Positions 52,097 to 64,000 of a DNA stretch of 64,000 nucleotides are shown here, piece by piece. The DNA is from Octopus vulgaris (lineage: Eukaryota): the NCBI GenBank assembly GCA_951406725.2, contig OX597818.1, positions 102,858,001-102,922,000 of the forward strand. Direction: 5' to 3'. Below the pieces are notes generated by a model. That model made no database searches. It saw only the letters and a list, made by a program, of their open reading frames with translations, and had not been told where the DNA came from. The position numbers were made by a program, and so were the translations under genes. Position 1 is the first letter of the stretch. Each line of letters opens with the position of its first letter.

Positions 52097-52350
52097 ACAT
52101 TATTTATATTTGATGGATATTTGTTTTCATCTTGTTTGTTGTTAACACAACGTTTCTGCTGATATACCCTCCAGCCTTCATCAGGTGTCTTGGGGAATTT
52201 TGAACCTTGGTTCTCATTCCTAAGGTATTTTTTGATGTTGTTATTATTATTATTAAGGTCACTGCCTGGAATCGAACTTGGAATCTTGGGGTTGGTAGCC
52301 CACGCTCTTAACCACTATGCCATATGCCCACGAGCATATGGTGTAGTGGA
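52097..52350 (-). mobile_element. tRNA-headed element carrying a minimal hammerhead
   Basis: tRNA-like head at 52329-52258 (A box TGGCATAGTGG, B box GTTCGATTC); hammerhead at 52144-52189; short inverted copy of the head at 52332-52349. Confidence 0.8.
52144..52189 (-). ncRNA. Minimal hammerhead motif
   Basis: GACAC-CTGATGA-aGGCTG-GAGGGTATAT-CAGCa-GAAAC-GTT-GTGTT; stem III reduced to the palindrome AACGTT. Confidence 0.7.
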
Positions 52351-52919
52351 GAAGAAAAATTATCAACTCCTTCCAAGGTGCTTCCTGTTCGTTCAAGAAA
52401 ATCTGCAAAAACTATTTTAACTGTTAGTCTTCTTGTGATTTCACTGCACTTTCTTTGTGACCATAACTTGCACTTGGGTACACTATATAGAATTTCTCCC
52501 TCTATCATTCCCACATATTGAGTAGAGTCCTTTTCCTGAAGGAAGTAGAGGCCCCTTTGTTTTCCTGCTAACAACAACTTTGAGTTTCACTACATTAGAT
52601 TAAAGGCCATTTCATTCCAGTTATTGCTTCCATATCCACACCTGAAATTTCTTTTCTAATTCTAATGCGTATTATGCTCTGAGTATGAGATTATCAATAT
52701 ACTCTTTTACTCTTCTACTCGTTTCAGTCATTTAATTGTGGCCATGCTGGAGCACCGCCTTTATTTGAGCAAATTGACCCAAAGACGTATTCCTTGTAAG
52801 CCTAGTACTTATTCTATCAGTCTCTTTAGCCGAACTGCTAAGTTACAGGTATGTTAACACACCAGCATTGGTTGTCAAGTGATGTGTGTGTGTGGGGGGA
52901 CAAACACAGACACACAAAT

Positions 52920-52960
<41 letters not shown>

Positions 52961-53169
52961 CATGTACATATATACGATGGTCTTCTTTCAGTTTCTGTCT
53001 ACCAAATCCATTCACAAGGCTTTGGTCGGCCCGAGGCTATAGTTGAAGACACTTGCCCAAGGTGCCATGCAGTGGGAATGATCCCGGAACCATGTGGTTG
53101 GTAAGCAAGCTACTTACCACACAGCCACTCCTGCACCTATGCCACACAGTCACTCCTGCACCTATAGGG

Positions 53170-53535
53170 TAAATTTCTGGAGCAACTGGTCTTATATTCC
53201 TCCATTATACATTGGAGGACAGTGGTGGGGGCACTGGGGGGTCTAGTAAACTCTTATTCACACTCTAAATTAATAGTCAAAGTCATGGCTAACTCTCACT
53301 CCATACACAAATTCGTATACCATTCAAAGGTCATTTGTCCATTCCTAGCTTTGTCAGAGACTACCAGGCTATTGAATAAGGGACTCTGTTAAAGGCTTTC
53401 CCTAGGTCAACAAATGTCAAGTACAATGGTTTACTCCTAGCTAATTATTTTTCCTGCTCTTGTCTAACAAAGAAAATGGCATCTGTGCTACTTCTCCCGA
53501 GAACAAAACCATACTGCAATTCAAGTGGATTCTCC
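53170..53535 (-). mobile_element. Heavily decayed RTE-like RT fragment
   Basis: GFVLGRSSTDAIFFVR and FVDLGKAFNRVP remnants. Confidence 0.75.
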
Positions 53536-53744
53536 TGTTGGTTTTGATGTGTGAAAATCCAACAGCCTGTAGCTTTTAAACTAAGCACGCAGATGATTTT
53601 TGTTTTAAGTGATGCAAACATACATCACAAATTCAATGAACAACAAACCACTTATTAGAGTTCTTCATCTTTCAGGTTAGTTGCCAACACTTATATGCTA
53701 CATGAACACCTGGGTTCCAAACCATAAATTTCCAAGTCCTTGAC

Positions 53745-54620
53745 ATTACACACACATACATGCACACACATGCATGCATGAATGCACACACACACACACA
53801 CATGCATGCTCGCACACACATGCACATTAATACATGCATGCATACACACATACATACATGCATGCTCATACATACATGCATACACACACACATGCACATA
53901 CACACATGCATGCACACACGCATACACATGCATGCTCGCACACACATGCACATTAATACATGCATGCATACACACATACATACATGCATGCTCACACATA
54001 CATGCATGCACACACACACACACACATACATACATGTATGCACACACATGCATACACATGCATTCTTGCACACACATGCACATTCATAATGCATGCATAC
54101 ACACACATACATGCATGCTTGCACACACACGTGCATATATGCATGCACACACACATACACAAGCATGCTCGCACATATACACACACATCCATACATGCAC
54201 ATGCATACATACATATACATGCTCACATACACACGTACATAAATACATACATACATACATGCATTCACACAGACACACACACATAGCATGCATTCTCACA
54301 CAGACACATACACACACATTCACATGCATTCTCACACACACGCACATATATATACATGCATTCATACACACACACATACACATGCATTCTTGCACACACA
54401 CACACACACACATGCACATAACACATGCATGCACAAAGACACACACACACATACACATGCGTTCTCGCACACAAACGCACATACATACATGCATGCACAC
54501 ACACAAACACACACACAGACACATTCACATGCATTCTTGCACACATGCACATACATACATACATGCATGCACACACACACACATGCACATACATGTTCGC
54601 ACACATGCAAACACACGAAT
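53745..54620. repeat. Compound (CA)n/(CATG)n low-complexity array
   Basis: Direct reading; includes a ~128-bp higher-order duplication (53800-54000). Confidence 0.95.
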
Positions 54621-55510
54621 ATACACCTACATCTTTTATCTTTTACTTGTTTCAGTCATCAAACTGCAGCAGCCATGCTGGGGCAATGCTTTGAAGAAAT
54701 TTTAGTTGAATGAATCGATCCCAAATACTTATTTATTTTTTTCTTAAGCCAGGTTCTTCTTTTATCAGTTTTTTGGCCCAACTGCTAAGTCACAGGAATG
54801 TAAACTCACCAAACCTTGTTGTCAAGTGCTAGTAGGGGACAGACACATAACAAAGTCAGGCACATGCACATATATACATATACATACATACATGCATACA
54901 TACATACATACATACATACATACATACATACATACATACAAATATATGTGTATATATGTATGTATGTATGTATATGCATCATCATCATCATCATCTTCAT
55001 TTAACCTCTGTTTTCTATGCTGGCATGGGTTGAATAGCTTGTCAGAATCTGGTACAGCCAGGGGTCACCACAAGTTCCATTGTCTGTTTTGACTGGGTTT
55101 CTACAGCTGAATGCCCTTCCTAATCCTAACCACTCCACAGAGTGTACTGGGTGCCCTTTGTGTATCACAATCACAAGTGCTTTTTGAGCGGCACCAACAC
55201 CAGAGCTTTTTACATGACACCTAAGTTTCAGGATCTCAAATCCGTTGTAACGGATGGGTCTTCTCAAGTCCAGCAATTTGCCACATACCTCAGTCCTCTG
55301 CCATCCCCATTGTAAGGTTCAGTATTTTCAGATTGGCCTTCTAAACTTTGTCCCATGTCTTCTTGGGTCTCCATCTTCCACAAATTATGTTGCTTTTGGT
55401 GAGAATCTTATGAGCAAGGAGGGCTCAGTGACAGGGTACATTGTTGTGAAGAATCCAATTCTTTGCATTCCACAGATCTGGCTGCTATCACTGAATATCT
55501 CTGCAGGAGA

Positions 55511-57100
55511 ACTGATTTGTGAGAGATTTAGCTGCTATTTCAAGCTACTCCATTATAAGTCCTTTGTCAGCAAAGTTAATACAATCATTTTACACAATGA
55601 AGAAACATCTGCAGTGAATTTGTACCCCAAATTCCCTCAAGGACAAATATCCATCAATTGTAAATAATGTAAATAATGTACATAATTCCTCATCTCTTAA
55701 ATATAGAACTGTGTTTTGTGTAGTTTGCCTGGGGTTCAAGCCATCCTATTTCTTTACTGCCCACATGGGCAGTAAAGGGCTACACGTAGAGGGCACAAAC
55801 AAGTACAGACAAACGGATTAAGTCGATTATATTGACCCCAGTGCATAAGAGGTATTTATTTAATCAACCCCGAAAGGATGAAAGGCAAAGTTAACCTTGG
55901 CGGAATTTGAACTCAGAATGTAGCGGCAGATGAAATACCGCTAAGCATTACGCCCAGCGTGCTAACGATTCTGCCAGCTTGCCCTTTTACTGTTTGGCCC
56001 CTGATCAGCTCTGATCCAGCAGTTCTAGCATGAAAGACATTCTAGCCATGACCACCTTGTCATAATTTCTGTGACAAGATGTTCATGGCATCATATCTCT
56101 TTATACTACATAAGATATTCTTCATTTGTTTTTAAAACCGAAAAATAGCAAACTGTGATTTGTGAGAGATTTAGCTGCTATTTCAAGCTACTACATTATA
56201 AGTCCTTTGTCAGCAAAGTTAATACAACCATTTTACACAATGAAGAAACATCTGCAATGAATTTGTACCCCAAATCCCCTTGAGGACAAATATCCATCAA
56301 TTGTAAATAATGTAAATAATGCCTTAAATCCGCATCTCTTAAATACAGAACTATGTTTTGTGTAGTTCGCCTGGAGTTCAAACCATCCTAGTTCTTTGCT
56401 GCTCACAAGGTGCTACACGCAGAGAAGATAAACAAGTACAGACAAACGGATTAAGTTGATTATATTGACCCCAGTGCGTAACTGGAATTTATTTAATCAA
56501 CCCCGAAAGGATGAAAGGCAAAGTTGACCTCGGCGGAATTTGAACTCAGAACGTAGCGGCAGATGAAATACCTATTTCTTTACTACCTACAAGGGGCTAG
56601 ACACAGAGAGGATAAACAAAGACAGACAAATGGATTAAGTTGATTATATTGACCCCAGTGTGTAACTGGTACTTAATTTATCGACCCCCGAAAGGAATGA
56701 AAGGCAAAGTTGACCCCTGCGGAATTTGAACTCAGAATGTAACGGCAGATGAAATACCGCTAAGCATTTCGTCTGATGTGCTAACAATTCTGCCAGCTTG
56801 CCTTTTTACTGCTTGGCCTCTGATCAGCTCTGATCAAGCAGTTCTAGCATGAAAAACATTCTAGCCATGACCACCTTGTCATAATCCTTTTGACAAGATG
56901 CTCCTGGCATCATATCTCTTTATACTACATAAGATATTCTTCATTTGTTTTTAAAACCGAAAAATAGCAAACTGTGATTTGTGAGAGATTTAGCAGCTAT
57001 TTCAAGCTACTACATTATAAGTCCTTTGTCAGGTAAGTTAATACAACCATTTTACACAATGAAGAAACATCTGCCGTGAATTTGTACCCCAAATCCCCTC
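55511..57100. repeat. Local tandem duplication (units start ~55513, ~56155, ~56974)
   Basis: TGATTTGTGAGAGATTTAGC...TTTGTACCCCAAAT occurs three times; the second unit has one extra SINE module. Confidence 0.9.
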
Positions 57101-57599
57101 GTCTTGTAGTGCTGTACCTTATCCTCTCGGCAATCTCAACCATTTTTATTTAATATAAGTTTGGTCACGAAATGGATTATGCTCTCTTTCTTTTTTTACT
57201 AACAATAGATTTTTATACTTATGAAAGGAATCATTGCTGGAAGATCTTGGGGAAAATTTGATTTGAATTAATTTGATTTTGAGTCTGCTTCTTTGTCTAG
57301 GCTGCCAGTGGCAACTAGTTTGCTTATTTCATATAATATTCTCAGGAAAATAACTGTTATCACAATTTACCATTCCTGTTTTTCTCTATTACTTTAAGCT
57401 GGCATACAGGATTAAGAAACTGGTGGTATGGACAGAGCAAGTAATGCTAAATTGTAGTAAGCCTCTGGCAATTCAATTCTATAATGATGCAGCTGGGAAA
57501 AAAAAAAAATTCTATTACTGTCTTACAGCTATTTTATCCTCATTGAATGTCGAATAGGTGAGTAGAATGATGGCTTTTCTGTCTTTATATTTACTTTTC

Positions 57600-57644
<45 letters not shown>

Positions 57645-57817
57645 TTATGGAGCAATTTATTTTATGACGGATTCTCATCCTATCTATCACTAACAACTCA
57701 ACAGTGATGGAGCCAATGAAGGTGCTTCGATGTGGCTGGCTTGTTTGGCCTTCTAGAAATAGCAAGTGAAGCACTTTCTGATTACAGCCTTCCCTCTAAC
57801 AAGAAGGTATTCTTGTA

Positions 57818-58369
57818 TAGGGTGGACCAAAATGATCTGACACATTTAGAGGCTTAATAAAAGCACAAAATAAGAAATAAGGAAAAGAAAAATTTTATTT
57901 TCTGAATGTACATATGCTGCCATTTTATTTCTTTAAGTTTTAAAAATTAAATCAGCTAAATGCTTCCCATCATTGTAAACACACTGTTGGAGACGTTCAT
58001 GAAAGTTATCGATAACTCTATGGATCATTTCTTCTGGAATGGTTGCTATTTCTACATAAATTGCATGTTTTAATTCATCAATAGATGGAGGGCGATGACT
58101 GAACACTTTTGATTTTAAATATCACCAGAAGAAATCACATTTCACCATTCCAGAAGAAATGATCCATAGATTTATCGATAACTTTCATGAATGTCTCCAA
58201 CAGTCTGTTGATAATGATGGGAGGCATTTAGCTGATTTAATTTTTAAAACTTAAAGAAATAAAATGGCATTATATGTACAATCAGAAAATAAATTTTTTC
58301 TTTTCCTTATTTCTTATTTTGTGCTTTTATTAAGCCTCCATATGTGTCAAATCTTTTTGGTCCACCCTG
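57818..58369. mobile_element. Foldback Tc1/mariner derivative with ~225-bp arms
   Basis: TA-flanked (T/C)AGGGTGGACCAAAA termini; transposase C-terminal remnant CDFFW*YLKSKVF...DNFHERLQQCVYNDGKHL on the minus strand. Confidence 0.92.
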
Positions 58370-59124
58370 TATAAAGTGGTCCCAAGTGCATTATGCTTTA
58401 GGATAGTGGTTTCAGTCAGATTCTACTCATGTTGCTTCACTCCAGGTCAGTTGTAGTCAAATAGACCTATGATCAAAAGTATTCCAAAGCATTCCTACTA
58501 TGACCATCCAGACAATTTTTTTCCCTATGCTGGAAACCCAGGATATCACTGTCAAAAAAATGACCTTTTCTAAAGGTAGGGTGTGATATCATTGTGATTT
58601 GACTGCTATTTCTAGTAGATCAAGTAACCACGTAGGAATCCTCTTTGGCTTGGATGATTCAAATGTGAACCAGAAGTAGAAATCACTTTTTTTTGTTTGA
58701 TAGTCTGGTAAATTGGAGCCAATAGAAATGGGTAGGGGGTAGGGGCAGGGGGCTAAGCTCATGCATTATGCCCATATTCCCAATCTTTTCACAGTGGTTC
58801 CCCACAGTGGCTCCCAACCCTTTTATTTAAATGAGTTTTCCCATGGATGCTTTTTGATAAGCTTTGTCCTTAACACCATCATCATCATCATCATCATCGT
58901 TTAAGGTCCGCTTTCCATGCTGGCATGGGTTGGACGATTTGACTGAGGACTGGCGAACCAGATGGCTGCACCAGGCTCCAATCTGGTTTGCCAGTCCTCA
59001 GTCAAAGTGTCCAGCCCATTCCAGCATGGAAAGCGGACGTTAAACGATGATGATGATGATGATAAGCATAAGGATTAGCCCCTACGCATTTCTGTTGGCT
59101 CCAATTTAACAGACTATCAACATG

Positions 59125-59216
<92 letters not shown>

Positions 59217-59357
59217 CAGATAGATAGATTGATAGATAAATGGATAGATAGATTGATAGATACATAGATAAATGATAGATAAATAGATTGATAGATAAAT
59301 GATAGATAAATAGATTGATAGCTAGATACATAGATAGATATAGATATATATATATAT
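59125..59357. repeat. (TA)n plus (GATA)n microsatellite
   Basis: Direct reading. Confidence 0.97.
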
Positions 59358-61676
59358 GAAATTTTGAATTTAGTTCATGGACTAAATTCAGTACTACCTC
59401 GCCAGACCACCAGGGGACCGCAGAACCACCGCACTACACCTCAATAGCTGTAGTAACACCACTTTCAAGTTTTGGCACAATGCCAGCAGTTTTGGGGGTC
59501 AAGTGAAGTCAATTACATAGACCCCTGTGCTCAACTGGTACTTATTTTATTGACCCTGAAAGGATGAAAGGCCAAGTTGACCTCAATGGAATTTGAACTC
59601 AGAACATAAAGGCAGATGAAATGCCACAAAGCATTTTGTCTGGTATGGTAACAATTCTGCCAGCTTGCTGCCTTTAGCTATTGTAATATGGGTTCCGAAT
59701 TTTGGCTCAAGGCTAATAATCTGAGTTTGTGGGGGAAAGTAGATTACACTGACCCAGGTGCTCAACTGGCACTCATGTTATTGACTCTGAAATAATGAAA
59801 GGCAAAGTAGAGCTCAGCAAAATTTGATCTCAGAATGTAAAGATAGGTATAAAGCAGCTAAGCATTTTGCCCAGCATGTTAATGATTCTGCTAGCTTGCT
59901 GCCTTATGAAGCAGAATAATATTGGTTTCAAATTATGGCAATTAGCTGACAGAAACGTTAACACGCTGAGTGAAATGCTTAGCGGTAATTTATCTGTCTT
60001 TACATTCTGAGTTCAAATTCCACCGAGGTCGACTTTGCCTTTCATCCTCTCAGGGTCGATAAATTAAATACCAGTTGCATACTGGGGTTGACCTGATTTT
60101 GGGCCTTATGCCTAGAGTAGGAAAGAATATTGATTTCAAATAATGGAGGTGAGCTGGCAGAAACACTAGCCTTTCATCCTCTCAGGGTTGATAAATTAAG
60201 TACCAGTTACACATTGGGGTCGACCTAATTGTCTTAATCCCTTTGTCCCCTCCATGTTTAGCTCCTTGTGTGCAATAAAGAAATAAGAAACAGCATGCCG
60301 GGCAAAATGCTTTGCAGTATTTTGTCTGTCTTTACATTCTCAGTTCAAATTCCGCCGAGGTCGACTTTGCCTTTAATCCTCTCAGTGTCAATAAATTAAG
60401 TACCAGTTGCATACTGGGGTCGATCTAATTGACTGGCCCTCTCTCCCAAAATTTTCGGGCCTTGAGCCTAGAGTAGAAAAGAATATTGATTTAAAATTTA
60501 GGAAGAGAGTCAACAATTTCTAGGGATGGGGTTAAGTCGATTACATCCAACCGATTGTTCAACAAGTACTTATTTTATCAACCCCGAGAGGATAAAAACG
60601 AAACTCAACTTCAGTGGAATTTGAACTCTGAATGTAAAGATAGACAAAATGCTACTAATCATTTTCACCTGACATGCTAATGATTCTGCCAGCTCCCCAC
60701 CTTTGGCTGTTGTAACAGCCAAAGTTTATTATAACTATGTTAAGCTCAATCAAAACAACTCTTCCTTGTGCTACACAAATAAAGAATATCTCTAAATGGT
60801 GGCTTGACCTGCTAGAAATAGCAGTTATATCTTCCTTAAGTTATATTCTATAACCTACAGCTGAAGCAGGGTACTTTAGGTCATGTAGTACTTCATTTCC
60901 AATATCTGAAATGGAAAGAAATGATGAGCACTTTGTAGATGGATCCCCTTTTGGTCAAAGGTCAGCTAATCAGAGTAGACTCTAAAGGGTTAAATGACAA
61001 ACAAGCCACTGAATCCTCACCCGAGTTGCTAGAAATGGCAGTCAAAATCATGCCAAAATCACTTTTTACTTCTGTAAACAAGGCAGGATATATCTGGTAA
61101 TATTGTATGAGATATATTACGTCTGTGTCTGAAAAATTCAAGCTGGCTGGTCGCTTATGATAGAATATCTGACAGGCTTGTGGGTGGACAACAACAACAA
61201 CATAGAGGTGCAATGGCCCAGTGGTTAGGGCAACGGACTCGTATTCTTAAGAACACGATTTCGATTCCCAGACCGGGCATTGTGAGTGTTTATTGAGCAG
61301 AAACACCTAAGCTCCATGAGGCTCCAGAGGGCAGGTGGGGGGACCCTGCTGTACTCTTACACTACAACTTTCTCTCACTCTTTCTTCCTACTTTTGCCAC
61401 AAAGCAGAGGAATAATGGGGTAACCCACTATGGTGTGGTAAACTTTCAGACCCTAGTCTAGATTGTGAATCCTCTGTACCCCAGAGTTCAGCTCTCCACC
61501 CGTTAAAAGTCATCGTTTACGGAATGAGGATAACAATGTAGCTTTCGCGCCCATGCCACCGCCAGTTTATCGCATGTGGTGGGTGGATCTCCACGTAGCC
61601 AGAATCATTCTTAGTAGATTAGAGTAGGCTTGAATTAGAGTTTATTCTTTGTGGCTAATGGCATGTGTCCTGATTG

Positions 61677-61949
61677 GAAGAAGAAGAAGAAGGCGAAGAA
61701 GAAGAAGAAGAAGAAGAAGAAGAAGAAGAAGAAGAAGAAGAAGAAGAAGAAGAAGAAGAAGAAGAAGAAGAAGAAGAAGAAGAAGAAGAAGAAGGAGAAG
61801 AAGAAGAAGAAGAGGAGAAGAAGAAGAAGAAGGAGAAGAAGAAGAAGAAGAAGAAGAAGAAGAGGAGGAGGAGGAGGAGGAGGAGGAGGAGAAGAAGAAG
61901 AAGAAGAAGAAGAAGAAGAAGAAGAAGAGGAGGAAAAAGAGGAAGAAGG

Positions 61950-61982
<33 letters not shown>

Positions 61983-62034
61983 AGAAGAAGAAGAAGAGGA
62001 AAAAGGAGAAGAAGAGGAAGAGGAAAAAGAGGAA

Positions 62035-62066
<32 letters not shown>

Positions 62067-62086
62067 AGAAGAAGAGGAAGAGGAAA

Positions 62087-62159
<73 letters not shown>

Positions 62160-62220
62160 GGAAGATGAAGAAGAAGAAGAAGAAGAAGGGGAAGAAGAAG
62201 AAGAAGGCAACAACAACAAC
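61677..62220. repeat. ~530-bp pure-purine-rich (GAA/GAG)n tract
   Basis: Direct reading; explains the poly-E/K/R/F/S ORFs. Confidence 0.98.
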
Positions 62221-64000
62221 CATTACTTTCCTGTTGTAACTTCCTATTTATGCTTGTTTTGTGATTTTAACAATACGATGCAAATTATCTCCCCTTTGTT
62301 TAGTTTCAGAGAACAATATGAAGTTGTTAATCGTCAAACACAGTTTTATTATTATTATTGAAGCTTATTGAAAAACGCATATTGAGACCCTTTCGAGTAA
62401 TAGAGAACAACAAGGTGATGCTGTTGCTATTTCTAGGGCAATGAGCTGGCAGAATCATTACTACATTCGCAAAATGCTCAGTGGTTTCTCTTCTGGCTCT
62501 TTCATGCTCTGAGGTCAAACTCCGTCAAAGTTGACTTTGCCTGTCATCTTTTTAGGGTCAATAAAATAAGTAGCAGTCCAGTACTGGAATCAATATAATC
62601 AAGCAGTTCCCACCACCAAAATTACAGGCCTTGTGCTTATAGTTGAAAGAATTATTTCTATTGCTTATTGCCAGTTTTGCTCTATTTAAGCAGTTCTATC
62701 ATTATCATCATCATCATCATCGTTTAACATCCGTTTTCCATGCTAGCATGGGTTGGACGGTTCCATAATAGAAGCAACTTACCCAAAGTACCACATAATG
62801 GGACTGAACTCAGGACCATGTGTTTGAGAAGCAAATTTCTTACTACACAGCCATGCCAGCACCCACTATTTTTCAAATATAACATCATCATCATCATCAT
62901 CGTTTAACGTTCGTTTTCCATGCTAGCATGGGTTGGATGGTTCAACCGGGGTCTGGGAAGCCAGGAGGCTGCACCAGGCTCCAGTCTGATCTGGCAGTGT
63001 TTCTACAGCTGGATGCCCTTCCTAATGCCAACCACTCCGTGTGTGTAGTGGGTGCTTTTTACGTGCCACCGGCATAGGTGCCAGGTGAGGCTGGCAACGG
63101 CCACGATCGGTTGGTGCTTTGTACGTGTCACTGGCATGGAGGCCAGTTGAGGCGGCGCTGGCAACGGCCATGTTCGGATGGTTCTTTTTATGATAAAAAA
63201 TTTTGCAGCCATGATCATACCATGAACTAGGCCAATTATACCTAAGACTATATTATCAAATGGAACCTGACCTTCGTTTGTTTAAAATTACAGTATGGCA
63301 TTTGAGAAAGGCCTGACTGCTATATCTAGCATATCAGGTGACTACATAGAAGCTCTGATACCTGTAGATTGTATCATGGGCTGTCTTGCTATATAACAAT
63401 AAAATTACTTCAGTTACAAATAAATATATCTACCTTCTTTAATTAATTAGTTATATATCATTATCAATTAATTACCTAACCTTAATTACATATCATTGTT
63501 AATCAGTCATGTATAGAAAATTAAAAACCTATATTGTTGGTTTTTTTCCCCATTTCTGTTTCACCTTACATTTCAATGTTTCGGTTAATCAAATTCTAGA
63601 TTTTCTTAGTGGTATGTTCCTACATGTTATTCGTGGCCATACTGCAGCAAGATATTCAAGAGCATTCAATGATTGTATCAAAAGGTGTACCAAGTTCTTA
63701 TTGATTTTGTCAGGAATGGAATGGTAAAGTCAAATCAGGTGCAAAGAGATATAATTGCATGAAACAAAATGATGCAAAGATTTGTGGAGTTTTTATGCTT
63801 AATTATTTTTTTTTTTGGTGTACTGATTTTATCATTTTGCATCAATACACACATACACTCATGTATGTGTGTGTGTGTATGTGCAGATGTAAATATACAG
63901 ATATATAGGTGTATATAAATATATGTATTTATATTAGTTTTTACACACTTATACATGCACACATATATATACATACATATAAATATATATATATAATAAA

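Noticed and set aside
52258-52329. Functional tRNA genes here and at other SINE heads
   Set aside because: Acceptor stems do not pair, and the heads continue into repeat bodies.
61635-62361. Long poly-E/K/R/S/F ORFs, and similar ORFs at 2432-2923, 8717-10685 and 53672-54713
   Set aside because: Translations of microsatellites.
63509-63740. Possible coding exon near the window end
   Set aside because: Open frames on both strands, but no recognisable protein and no consistent splice-site pair.

Overview
AT-rich, repeat-dense eukaryotic DNA. The SINE and microsatellite landscape looks like an octopus genome (inference, no search run). One protein-coding gene is clearly supported, on the minus strand (~44608 to ~34040): a 5-exon UBA52/RPL40-type gene with a TCT/5'TOP promoter. 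Its eL40 half is conserved, but its 76-aa N-terminal half is not canonical ubiquitin (37/76 identical by manual alignment, ends LRLPGG, only K11 and K48 kept). The window also holds about nine type-I hammerhead ribozyme motifs, some degenerate, in roughly six unrelated sequence contexts. These include a ~500-nt tandem and inverted retrozyme-like array whose inversion junction sits at the predicted cleavage site, the inverted pLTRs of a Penelope-like (GIY-YIG) element split by a CR1-like LINE, and a tRNA-headed SINE-like element. The rest is tRNA-derived SINEs, LINE fragments, mariner/hAT MITEs, Helitrons, foldbacks and simple repeats. Most ORFs in the track are simple-repeat or SINE artefacts.
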